Below are positions 44,015 to 56,666 of a stretch of DNA of 64,000 nt, piece by piece. The stretch's first letter is position 1, and every line of letters starts with the position of its first letter. The stretch is taken from contig OX597832.1 of NCBI GenBank assembly GCA_951406725.2, positions 9,672,001-9,736,000 on the forward strand, in the 5' to 3' direction. The stretch comes from Octopus vulgaris (Eukaryota). The notes below the pieces were generated by a model. That model did no database searches, was not told the DNA's origin, and was given only the letters and a program-made list of their open reading frames with translations. The translations under genes were made by a program, and so were the position numbers.

Positions 44015-44124
44015 ATCATATCAAAGGGAAATGGAATTTAATTAAAATTAAAACATTCAATCAAAATGTACATTTCCAGTGGTCTAACGTGCAAGACAAA
44101 TTAGTCAAGAAGACTATTTATTAG

Positions 44125-44210
44125 TCATACGATATAGTGTATATTTATACACATAAGGAATCCACTTGTAGGGAATTCCTTATGTGTATAAATATACACT
44201 ATATCGTATG

Positions 44211-44211
<1 letters not shown>
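44125..44211. repeat. 87-bp hairpin (37-bp perfect arms, 13-nt loop)
   Basis: TCATACGATATAGTGTATATTTATACACATAAGGAAT / ATTCCTTATGTGTATAAATATACACTATATCGTATGA; the right arm runs into (TA)n. Confidence 0.95.
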
Positions 44212-44300
<89 letters not shown>

Positions 44301-44307
<7 letters not shown>

Positions 44308-44538
44308 TTCAATTAACCTGAAGATTGACTGTAACCATAACTCGAATTATTAATTGAATTTAAATAATTGTTATTCGAATTGTACAGACATGAAACGATC
44401 GTAGTGTTTTACTCTTTATTTTTTATTAAACTTTTAATACTTTTGATATATATTTAAAATAATATAAATTAAATTAATTTTATGTATTGGCTTATGTTTT
44501 TCATTGTTTGATTTGCTTAATAGTGGTTTTATCTCTAA

Positions 44539-44545
<7 letters not shown>
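44301..44545 (+). mobile_element. Solo Penelope-type pLTR with hammerhead core, in (TA)n
   Basis: CTGAAGA 44318-44324; stem II TGACTGTA/TACAGACA; GAAA 44392-44395; stem III C-GATC-G with a palindromic loop; GTA triplet ending at 44403. Its terminal ~27 nt recur inverted at 53266-53293. Confidence 0.7.
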
Positions 44546-44605
<60 letters not shown>

Positions 44606-44606
44606 T

Positions 44607-44808
44607 AGTTAATCCAAACATGAACAAAGAGAAAACACAACAACGTGAGGACGTTGAACAAATATAGTGTGATTGGACGCTAAGGAAATGATAGAAAGAA
44701 TGAGGACATAACGTTTCGAGCGGAGCTCTTCGTCCGAAACATAGAAAAAGGAAATGTCCAAGGAAGGGAAGACTGAGAAAAAATCGCCAACGATACACAC
44801 GCGGTCAC
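44607..44808 (-). mobile_element. Solo Penelope-type pLTR, copy 1
   Basis: Abuts (TA)n. Minus strand reads CGGACGAAGAGCTCCGCTCGAAACGTTA (variant HHR core); homologous to 45942-46148. Confidence 0.65.
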
Positions 44809-45941
44809 AACTTCAATATTTCGAATCGATAGTATATCAAGACTGGTATTGTTCTGACACTCAGTTATAATTCATTCCATGTCTAACCACATCGATTGTT
44901 GAGGAACACCTAGGATGCTTTGTGGTAAGCAATCCCAATGCATATCCTCTGATGCGTAAATCCTAGTTTCGTTTGACTGGATTATATATAGTTTACTCTG
45001 ATTGTGTTTGTGTATTTTATGACATTTACAATGAAAACGGAACTAATACAACCGCATATACTTACAGTATATTCAATTAAATGTGTCCGGCGTATATTAC
45101 CTTATTCATAGACATCATATAGTTGCATTTGCACCATCTTCATTCATCTGTTTAGTAAACTATGCAGCTTTATCCAAGCTCTAGCTACAGTCGAGGTTTG
45201 AAGCAAATTAAATGTATGTAGTTTTAGCTAACATTACGTTTGGTAGGGGACGATATGCATATTTTCTTTCATATACCTAGGCGACAAAAACCCATTTGCT
45301 TCCTATTGTTTATTCCGACCGCTTTGCATATATATATATATATATATGATGCAATCCGACGTGTTGTGGATCATTGATTATTCGGTAACAACTTTTGAAA
45401 TTAGATATTCCATTAAAAAATATGTATAATGTGCGCTAGAATGTTATGATTACATTTAATAGTCTAGCGCATGTTAGTAGTCTGCTGCGAATTCATTTAT
45501 GTAAAATATCAACAGTTTACGCCTTATTGCTATTATTGCTATGTAGTCATTTATTCGTAGTGATTGTCCTCTACATCACAAAAATATATTGATTTCAAAC
45601 TTTAGCACGTAGCCAGCAATTTTGTTTTCTAAGGTAGGTCAGTTATATCGAACTCAGAAAGGAGGGAAAAGATAGTGGCCTCGGAGGAATTTGAACTCAG
45701 AGACTAAGACGCACGGAGCGCTGCTAAGCTGGCGTGGATGTGTAAGCCAGCTTACATGCATCATAGTTGCGGATTCAGATCATTTTCGTGGCCCTTTCAC
45801 CATGTGTTTTCTATAGTTTTCGGCCGTCCAAATGCCTCCGAGTGGGTTTGGTAAAGAGAATCTATATATTTATCTACCTGATAATGTCTTGTTAAGTTTC
45901 CTTATTAAGAAGTTATCCTTAATTGTTAAATATATATATAT

Positions 45942-46148
45942 AGCTAATCCAAACATGAAAGCACAAAAACACACAACAACGCGAGGACGTGGAAAAAATA
46001 TAGTATTATTGGACGCTCAGGAAAGAAGGAAAGAAGGAGGGTTTAACGTTTCGAGCGGAACAGCTCTTTGTCGGAAACATAGGAGAAGGAAAGATCCAGA
46101 GAAGGGCAGGCAGAGGAAATAAATCGGCAACGGTACACACGCGGTCAC
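45942..46148 (-). mobile_element. Solo Penelope-type pLTR, copy 2
   Basis: Same ends as copy 1 (TAATCCAAACATGAA...ACACACGCGGTCACA). Minus strand reads CCGACAAAGAGCTGTTCCGCTCGAAACGTTA. Confidence 0.65.
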
Positions 46149-46707
46149 ATTTGTATATATATGTATGTATGTATGTATGTATTTATGTGTGAGTATGTGT
46201 GTGTGTGTGTACGTGTGCACGTGTGTGTGTGTGTTTCTCTGATTGTCATTTATCACCGCTTGACAACCGGTGCTAGTGTGTGTTGTCCTCGTAACTTAGC
46301 ATTTCGTCAAACAGCTCTGTAATATACGTCACATACTTTAAAAACTGCACTGGGATCGTTGCATTGGAATGAAAATTCTTCAATTCCTTACTTTAGCATG
46401 TCTGCTCTCTAATGACCGAATAAATGAAATATATAATAAATTAAGCTTTTTCCCCGGTGTGCTATCGCTTCTGCCAGCTCGAGTCTTATGACTATTTATA
46501 AAGAAAACATAAATATCAGCATCACCACCAAAATAGTAATAATTTATTAAATCATTGTAGGTACAATCGTCGTTATTATCCTTACCATTATCCTCATAGC
46601 CCCCTCAGCTGTAGGAGAGGAATTAGATTAAAATTATCATAAGGCTTTTCTCTCTCTTTTATCTCTTTTCTATCGTTCCTCTCTCCCCCTTTCTCACGGT
46701 CTCTCTC

Positions 46708-46748
<41 letters not shown>

Positions 46749-46805
46749 GATGCGTGCATACGTGTATATATAAATATATATATACATACACACACACACA
46801 TACAT

Positions 46806-46878
<73 letters not shown>

Positions 46879-46894
46879 TATACACATATACGTA

Positions 46895-47875
46895 ACTTAG
46901 ATTGGTTTCAGCCATTATCGGCGCAAGCCATTACTAGCTCAATAGCACCACCTAGAAACGTATTTTAGTTAATAATTTTGGGACATTATGGGCCAGTGAA
47001 GCAGAGGATTGGGGTAGGTTGAGTCGTATCAAGGTGTAGGTGGTTTATCTGGAGGAATTTGTCCTCGTACTGTTTAAAAGTTTTTGGGGTATTTTTCTAC
47101 TTTAATTTCTTTCAGGATAACATTGCAAAAGCAAGACCGTTCGCAGTGAAGAAAGTGTGTCACAATGATCTTATGTGATGTTAACCCGAACTTTGTAGAG
47201 AACGCATTGCAAACATAATATCGAATTGTTAACACAATACTGATTTAATTTGGATAATATTGGTGGAATATTTTCCACATAGTGCAAATAACGTAGCGCT
47301 CACAGCGACATTGCAGAAAATAGATTTTCAGTTGTTTAAATCTAGACCAATAATCAAGTTCATTCATGCCATGTATTTTTTTAGTGATTGATCTTTGTGG
47401 CGCTTCGATTCTCATTATGCGGGGGGTGGGGCAACAATGGGCAGCAGTATTGGAGGTGAGGCCTAGCGAATGTGGACAAAAGAATGATGATGGTTTCATG
47501 ATCCTGGGATTGAAAAGTTCTTAGGATCCATGAGCAAATTTTGCGGGCAACATCAATTTTTTTGTTGCTGTATGCACTCCACACAAGGCTGCTGTTGACA
47601 GTTACACCTAAGGCTCCGATATTATCCGGCGGTTTAAGTAGGTCTTCAGACGGTAATGCAGATGGTTGTTTGAGTGAGCCCCCTTTTCCAAAACGGATGG
47701 TATCATATTTTTCTTCGTTCGACTGCATATTGATTTTTTTTCTTTTGCCAACTGGGTAACTGCGCATTGGTCCGATTCAATCATAGTTCGATCATATACT
47801 CCTTTAATGACTTTCTGAAGCTTAGGGCCATCTGAAAATATCTTGATGGTGTTATGTTCAATGGCATCAGCAAAT
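46895..47875 (-). pseudogene. CR1/L2-group LINE 3' fragment (RT C-terminus + 3' UTR)
   Basis: NMQSNEEK, LGVTVNSSLVWSAY, WILRTFQS, FARPHLQYCCPL, LDYWSRFKQLKIYFLQCRCERY. The UTR (AATAGCACCACC) resembles 63730-63780. Confidence 0.85.
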
Positions 47876-47993
47876 TAGCCAATATTTTTTTCTGTTTGCC
47901 CTTATTTATAATTGTATTTAAAATTCCCTCTTAAAAGCTATTCTTTATATGCTGGCCACTCAAATTATTTTAATAAAATGTTATCCTTATATT

Positions 47994-48040
<47 letters not shown>

Positions 48041-48094
48041 TATAGATATATTTACATATGTATTTACGTATGTATGTAAGTATACACACACGTA

Positions 48095-48165
<71 letters not shown>

Positions 48166-48329
48166 CTTATGCAAATTAGTTGTATACAGATATAGACAGA
48201 CATATAGTAAGACAGACAGGGAGACAGACAATCAATCAGACAGATAAGATAGATGGATAAAGAGAGAGAGAGAAGGGGGGAGAGGGGGAGATGTTATTTT
48301 CATTTTGATTTGTTTATACATTTAGTAAT

Positions 48330-48730
48330 CTATTATTGATTTTATAATTCTGTTATTAACACTTTTCTGAATCATGATAATTAATTGCACATTATGAATA
48401 TTGTTATTATCATTATTGCTATTCCTGTTCTTCGCATTATTATTATTGGTATTATTAGTACTACATTTATCATCAACAATTATATCAATTATTCTATCTC
48501 TATTGTCAAAATAACCGTTATTATCCTCAAGCCCAAAGTATTGAACCTCATCAACCCACTGTCTCACATGATTCTCCAAGTCACCATCATCATCATTATT
48601 ATCAGCATTATCTTCATCATCATTATTATTATCATCGTTATCATCATAATAATACCCATTGACTTGATCATCATCTTCGAGAGCCGTAATAACAACTCCG
48701 TTCCCATCTTCCTCAAGATATACATTATTA
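48330..48730. repeat. Degenerate (ATT/ATC)n low-complexity tract
   Basis: Read directly; gives Ile/Met-rich spurious ORFs. Confidence 0.8.
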
Positions 48731-49004
48731 TCTTGTACGTGGCTTCTTTTTTAGACAGCCTATTTACGATCAGCGTTTTTTGGTCGATATTTTTTTCTAT
48801 AAACAAAAGAATTAAGAGATTATAATGTCTTTCAGACGTGAAAACAATGTTAAACAGATTCGGTTTGACATAATGTGTGGATATGATCGTTCACCATTTA
48901 ATAATTGTAAAATGCTAATGCTGGTATTAAAGTGTACATCGGAAAACTATGTGTATTCTGATGTGAAACTTATATCCTCTTAAAAATCACTAAACTTTTC
49001 GAAC

Positions 49005-49049
<45 letters not shown>

Positions 49050-50319
49050 TGTGTAATATTTGATAAATATCCCTCAGAACTGAAATTCAAAGATGTATAA
49101 TGGAAAAGAAAACAATGCCTAGTGTAATATCGTGTACTCAGTATTCATAGAATAACTACATTATTTCAAAGAGCGGATAATATATTTATGAAAGTCTGCT
49201 GATAGTATGCGTAGGAGATGCACTACTGTATATAATCCTTCATTGACCAGAATTTAATGTTGATGTTTTATGATCGCATCACGAGTATTTGAATTAGTTT
49301 TTATAATATATTCTTTATTTCACAGCATCAAAATAGTTGTATAATATTCTATTTTATTCCTGAAATTTTATCTACATAATTTTTTTCAGATGAAAACATT
49401 CCAATTCGATTGTTTACAAGTTTTACCAAAATTTATTTTTATGACAGAAAAACCATCGTGTCAAAGGAAACATACACGTTAATGTTTTATTTGTAAAAGT
49501 GTGCAATTTGGAGTACGACTTTAAATTAATAATTATTTAAGATTGACTCAAATCTCTAATATACATATATGATTTATTTGTATTATATTTTATGTTAGAA
49601 GGATCATTTAAGTCACAATCTATATTACTAGTTTTGAGAGACATAAACAACTTTCTCTTCACCTATATGTACTAAGTTGTGTCTGCACAGATACTTATTG
49701 AATAATACCAGCACGGATGCAAATTTAGGATCCAGTTTTTCATCGAGAGAAATGACATTCATCCAGCCCCAGAAACATTCTAATTAGTTACAGTTCTGAT
49801 AGTTATGTATTCATCCCTTCGGATATATAAGGTCCAATACATGCACCAGGTCTCTCGTATTTTGGATCATTTTACACACGATCAATTGTGCTGAAAACTG
49901 TCTTTATTCATATCAAAATGATTTTTAATGATATAACAGAATTCACGTTTATGCCCGCTTATATATTTTGTTACATTTCCAACATAGAATTTAAATAACA
50001 TACAAAAGCGTTTTACTTGAAGAAGCTTTCACTTTGTTCATGACATGCTGAAGGGAATTTCGTTATTGAGTGTTTGTTCGTTAATGCTTTACTGTTTTGA
50101 TTTAATTTGAATTATTTCCTTGTTGCAAGGAAGTCATAAGAACAATACGGTACAAAATAAAATTAATATAATATAATATCTGGAATTCATCTCGCAAACT
50201 ATATTCAGTATATCCACGAGGTATAGTGAATCTAGTTATTTGATATGCTTCTGATATTCACTATCACTGGTAGTCAGCGGATGGCCTGGGTCAATAATGC
50301 TTGCAAATATTAGTTGTAG

Positions 50320-50968
50320 AGAAATATAAAGGTGTGATGAGAAATGGTTACTCTTTGACAAAAACACGAGTACGGGACAGTGATTGGAGCAGGAGAGTCA
50401 CCTAAACACTACATAAACCCACCATTGCACTTTACAAAGTTAGCGGTCACTGTGTGGCGGTGTGCGAAGGGATTTGTTATTCATTTTCGCCACAAGGACA
50501 AACGGTAACAGCAACATCGTATTGCAAGGAAATTGAATGTATGCGTGAGAAACTGAAAACAAAACAGCCCAGACTAGTGAATAGAGATGGCTCAATTTTC
50601 CTCATCGACAATGCATATCCTCACACTTCTCAAGCTCCGGTTCAAAATGTTGCAAAACCTGAATTATGAGATTTTGCAACATCCTCCATACTGCCCTGAT
50701 ATCACTTATCACTGAACATCACTTATTTAAGCATTTTGAACTGTTCATAAACAATAAGACATTAATAAACAGTGAAGAGGTTCTTGACGCATTCGGATAG
50801 TTTATCGCATCAAAAGATAAATCTTTTTTTTAAAGATGGAATATATAACATAGAGAAACGTTGGGTAAACGTCGTAAATGAACATGGATCCAAATTTGAT
50901 TAAATAAATTAGTTCTGAAAAATTTTACTTTTACCTTTGAAATACATTTCATGTGAAACAGCCAATGC
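50320..50968 (+). pseudogene. Old mariner transposase relic (catalytic domain and right end)
   Basis: DEKWLLFD, GQTVTATSYC.EI..M.EKL..KQPRLVNRDG.IFLIDNAYPH, EILQHPPYCPDI; frameshifted. Confidence 0.85.
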
Positions 50969-50979
50969 ATATATATATA

Positions 50980-52257
50980 CGAGGGGCGTTCAATAAGTAA
51001 TGCCCCTGACCCACTTCCCATAACAGTAGAGCAACGAAACTTGGCACAGTTATTAGTCTTTTTCTACATAGGAACCACCCAGAGTTACGCATTTCTCCCA
51101 TTGTTTGATGCAGCTCTGGAGACCGTTTTTGTAGAAGACCCCAGCTTGGTCCTCCAACCTGAACGCGACTTCAGAAATCAAGGCTGCATCATCTGGGAAA
51201 CGCTTTCCTTTCAAAAACAACTTCATGACTGGGAAGAGGTGAAAATCAGAGGGTGCAAGGTCAGGAAAGTAGGGAGGATGGGGGAGGAGTTCATAGCCAT
51301 ATGCCTGTGCTTCTGATCTGTCGACAAGCGAGTTTTGGACCGGAGCGTTGTCCTGCAGGAGGAGGATGCCTTTGCTGATCTTGCCCCGCCTCTTGATTTT
51401 GATAACTTCTCTTAATTTCCTCAAAAGTGAAGCATAATAGGCTCCTGCAATTGTGGTACCCTATGCCAGGAAATCTGTCATCACTACTCCGTCCTGGTCC
51501 CAGAAGACTGTGAGCAAGACCTTACCAGCGGAGGGCTGCACCCTTGCCTTCTTTGGAGGAGGTGAGTCACGGTGCTTCCACTGCATTGACTGGATCATCG
51601 TGATGGACCCAGGTTTCATCCTGTGTAATCAGTCTTTTGAAAAATTTTGACTCATCTTCTTGGCACATCTCCAAATTCACCCTCGAGCACTCGACGCGTT
51701 CTTGCTTCTGGAAAGGCGTGAGCAACCTGGGAATCCATCTGGCAGACACCTTTTGCATATGCAAATGGTCATGAATGATAGTTTCCACAGACCCGGTACT
51801 AATCTTGACCTCGTGGGCTATTTGGCGAATAGTTGTGCGTCGATCTTCCAAAATGGCAGCCTCAACTTGACGGACAGATGCCTCATCAATGGCAGAAGGG
51901 GGCGACCAGATCTGAGAGCTGTTTTCACAGAGTTGCGACCATGTTTGAATTCACGATGCGAGCGTTTTACGAGGTCATATGATGGGGCATCATCACCATA
52001 AGTTACTTTCATTTCATCAAAAGTCTCCCGTGGTGTGCGTCCTTTCAAATACAAAAACCGGATCTCTGCTCGACACTCAACAGGCTCCATTTCACACTTG
52101 ACTCAGTTCAAACACCTGTAAATCGGAAATCACAATTAATTCAGAGCTGTAATTTGCCACTTACTCTACAAAGTTATCAATGATTGCACATGCAAAATTT
52201 CAGCTAGATCAAACAACTGCAAGTGGGTCAGAGGCATTACTTATTGAACGTCCCTCG
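50980..52257 (-). mobile_element. Full-length mariner (irritans-like), 1278 bp, with disrupted transposase
   Basis: TA|CGAGGGGCGTTCAATAAGTAATGCCCCTGACCCACTT ... AAGTGGGTCAGAGGCATTACTTATTGAACGTCCCTCG|TA (37-bp TIRs, 2 mismatches). Confidence 0.95.
51053..52090 (-). pseudogene. Mariner DD34D transposase, frameshifted into three ORFs
   Basis: ORFs 51818..52090, 51567..51851 and 51053..51424 give the HTH, WIPRLL, ITQDETWVH, LLQDNAP and HPPYFPDLAPSDFHLF. Confidence 0.95.
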
Positions 52258-52302
<45 letters not shown>

Positions 52303-53206
52303 GAATGTGTGTGTGTCTGTGGCTGTGTGCAGACTGTGAGCAAACTTCAGTAATTATATATGTGTATATATGTGTTCCCGTGAGAACGAATCTAAACTAC
52401 ATTGTCTAAATTCGTTTGCATCTTTGATTTCCTCATGGGTTTTCTTGTCGGTGTTCAACTAAATGCAGCGACTCAGTGTGATATAACTATTCTTCCCACT
52501 GCTGCTAATTGCAGTGATACTTTGCTGTTATTCCTGGGTTTTGGAAAGGGCTACATAATTTAGATACAGAGATGATATTTGTTGCAAATATGTTTAATAC
52601 TGCACTCTTTATAAGAGCATCTGTGTATCTGTCACCAAACTGAGGATTGGTGAACTGAAAAACTTGAGTTAAAGAGCTAATTGCCTGCAATCAAATCTCT
52701 CAGCGAATGAGCAAAAACCACAAGAAACATAGTTTGTTATGAAATACAAAAACGCGAAAGGCATACGATGTAAAGCAGGAAAACATTTCCACAAGATCTG
52801 CGGGCAGTAGATCTGCTGTGTAGTTTAGCAGCAATCCAATGTAAAGAAGTTAAGTGCTAGAAGTTAGATAACAATTCAAAAAATAATATGGACACAGGAT
52901 GTGATTGAGGCGACAAGGAATTCAAGTAAATGTTAAAGATTACTTCAAATACTAGCTTGGAGAGTAACAGTATGTTTATACTCCCCATTACTTAAAGATT
53001 TTGGCTTACACAATAATCATCTCTCTGTCTTTCTTTGAAATAATATATAAACTCAATGTACCCGTCGTGAGTGCGTTGATGGCACATAGATATACCTCGA
53101 GCAAATTTAAAAGTTGTTACCTATGTTTGATTTCAAGTATTATATAACAGTTAGCTGCATAAACTCACACATAGAAATACCCCCACACATACACATATAG
53201 ATAAGT

Positions 53207-53269
<63 letters not shown>

Positions 53270-53292
53270 TAAATTAGAGATAAAACCACTAT

Positions 53293-53330
<38 letters not shown>

Positions 53331-53799
53331 CGTGTGTGTGCGCGTGTGTGTGTGCAGTTTTTTTAGAATTTTGTGAATGTGTATTGAATATCATATCAGT
53401 TGAATACACTTTTAGTATGGACTGACTTTCACATTATCTTTTTTTTAAATAATTTTATACCAAAAGAATATTTTATAATGCTCATAAAGTTCAATTAGCG
53501 CTTTTATAAGTTCGTAGTAATATATTATTTGACTGACTGTTGAGGGCTTGACAAGTTTAGTACGTCTCAGAACGCTCCAACAAGATGAAATTTTGGAATC
53601 CCGTTTTGACCAATCGGCATGCAGCGTAGATCTACTGGCATAAGGGTAGATCTACTGGCTTAGATCTACCCTTTATTTTAACCAATTAATTTGCGGTTTA
53701 TATGTAAGGGTGTAATGACCGAACAAATTTCGTTGCTTTCGTTCGTATATATTTCAGTTGGTGGTAGTCTTCTGTAATCTGTTTATATTCATATGTTAA

Positions 53800-54620
53800 A
53801 GATATACATTATTCCACATCATTAACTGGTTGTTATATTATTGTTGTTATTTCTGTTCAGAAAAGGTCTGACAAATAAAATAAAAAAAAACATTTTCTTT
53901 TATCTTTCTTCCAGCCTTACTTGTGATATTTAGTATGTGGAAAGGAAACATTAGAACACTTTTCTGACCACATGTTTCTATTTATTCGCTCAATGGAATT
54001 TGGCGAACATTGGTGCTCCGGATTTGTTGTTTGTGCACTCGTGAGCGTTCCGATAATGCATTCCCTGTCTCACCTATACATACTTCCTTGCTATTCGAAC
54101 ACTTAATGCAGTAGATCAAATTTCTAATTTTGCAGTTCACATCTGCATTTGCGAAAATCTGTTCATTGTTTTGTTCTAATGTATTTAGCCGTATGCATGA
54201 ATTGACACGTTCCACATCTGTTATAAATGCATTTTGAGACTGTGAATGATTTATCCTCTTTGTTTATATTGAAATTTGCCTTTGTTGATAGTTTCTTTAG
54301 GTTATGTGGTTGTCTTTTGTTTAAGATAAGTGTTTGATCAGTTTTTGTGTTTTTAATATTTTACTGTTTTATGATTGGCAAATTTGTTTTGATGATGCAA
54401 AAAATGTTTCGGTGATACGGACTGAGTCTTACTAGAAATGGTATTGTGTTCCTTTGATGGGTTTGTCTTTTTGTGTTGCCGTAAGTTGTTCTATAGGTAT
54501 CTCTTCTGTTCGTTGCTTGAGCAAAAATACTTTGAGATCTATAAGTCGTGCGTTCCTGCTATTTGCATCATCTAGTGAAGCAGAATTTTTTCTGGCTAGA
54601 CAGTTTGCGGATTGGTCAAA
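53800..54620 (-). pseudogene. Second Neptune-type Penelope 3' fragment (GIY-YIG endonuclease)
   Basis: NADVNCKIRNLIYCIKCSNSKEVCIGETGNALSERSRVHKQQI...PLSE; upstream RQPHNLKKLSTKA. Confidence 0.85.
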
Positions 54621-56046
54621 ACCTTATTCCAGATATTCAGCTTGTTGGAGCATTCTCAGAGGTACTGCACTTGTCAAGAACTTAACTGTCAGATTTTGAA
54701 ATCTGATGATTTCTACAAACTTATGAAAGCGCTAATTGAACTTTAAGAACGCTACAAAATATTTTTTTAGTACTAAAGTACCATAACAAAAATCGTGAAA
54801 ACCAGCACGTTTTTTAGCTTTATTCAACTGGTATATATATGTGTGTGTGTGTGTATGCATATACACGCACACACATTCTCTCTGTCACACATTCACACAC
54901 GCATACACACACATACACATACACATATATTGGTGAACGAATGATTATTTAAAATTGTTATCATTAATATTTCTTAAATATTTTCTCTTGTTACTTTTCC
55001 ACGGAGAAATTGAAATACGAGGCCATAAAATGTATTTTCATCCAATAAATACTTGAACACACATTAAAAGATCACGAATCTTGTTTGCAGTTATTCAACT
55101 GCATATTTTGATGTCAATTTCGTCAGCTATTCATTTAAATATTCATTTACGGTTTGCTTATCTTTATTCGCTTTTCAAATGTACGATTTTTTCCATGCTT
55201 CAGCGATGTCCTATAAGTGTTTTCCTTTGTTCTTCACTGTGAAGAAACAAATACATAAATGCGTAAATAATATCTATTCTCCGAAAATTTGTAATTATTG
55301 CTGCAAGAAACTGATAGTCGAAGCAGCTTCAGCATGCTTATGATGACTGGTGTACGCGCTGAAAGCTATAATCCTTACTTAGAATTGAAAGAAAAATGAT
55401 AAGAAATACAAACACTTTAAACAACGTAAGACATAATAAAAACTTTAAAATCTTTGTAGGAAGAGGCTATCTGTTAGAGTTTCTTGTAGAACAATACAAG
55501 CAACACGAAAAAGAAATATATCTCTGTCAATGCTGAACTAGTAAATGGAATTTCAAGAACTGAAATATTATCTATAATAAAAAAAGAATTTCCAAAGCTG
55601 TTCAAGAGACGGTTAATTATATATGTTTTCTTTGCAGAGGTTATTTAGTAGCACTGCTGCATTATCTACAGCCTGTACAAATTCAAGTCGTGTATAATCT
55701 ATAAAGTTAGTGTTCCTGTTACATATCAGTAGGATAAGTTCATCAGGAGGTTATGAATTATTAACGTATTTTGGGAGAGTTACTCTTGTGTGTAGCAAAT
55801 GATATACACATAATTTCTGAATTTGAAATAGAAAAGGTCTGACAAAATATATCGAAATCTCCTCGTTTAAGATGGGACGCATAAGAAGCCGGAAACGCGT
55901 TTGAAGAAAAACACAATTTCTCATATAATTTTTATTATAATCCATAAAATAGGTTTTAATATGTATGGAAACTACTGAAACCGCGTTATAAATTTTCCCC
56001 TATAATGTCTAGAAAATGAGGAATTTCTAGTTTACTATACGAATAA

Positions 56047-56130
<84 letters not shown>

Positions 56131-56580
56131 ATATATGAATGTTTCATTTAGCAATAAAAACACACCACAGTTTTAGATTTATTTTTTTTTTTTTTTTTTT
56201 TTGTCCTCTGTGACCCATGTCCTTTCTCACTTTTTTTCTACATACGATATTAATATAATAATGTGGAGAAAACAGAACAAAATATATACAAGAATGTATA
56301 TAACCAAAGATATATACAGACACCCCACACAAATAAAATAGACGCACAGAGAAAGCATGCGCAAATGAAATACAGAAACAAATGGCTGACGGTTAGTAAG
56401 GAGAGACACAGTAAGTGAAGAAACAAGACACTGATGGGTCGGAGGTGACGAAAGAACTTTAAATAAGATTAATTAATGTAAAATAAATATCATGAGAAAA
56501 TAACACAAATATATAGTGTTTTATTAATATAATTCAAATAACAATACTGTTTCAACACACACTTCACATAAAAATCTTGC

Positions 56581-56621
<41 letters not shown>

Positions 56622-56634
56622 TATATACACTATA

Positions 56635-56666
<32 letters not shown>

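Noticed and set aside
55860-55910. TTTAAGA...GAAACGCGT possible HHR remnant
   Set aside because: The core and stem II are too degenerate to support.
56425-56465. CTGATGG-GTC..GAC-GAAA hammerhead-like motif
   Set aside because: A9 is mutated, there is no stem I and stem III is unconvincing; at most a dead relic.
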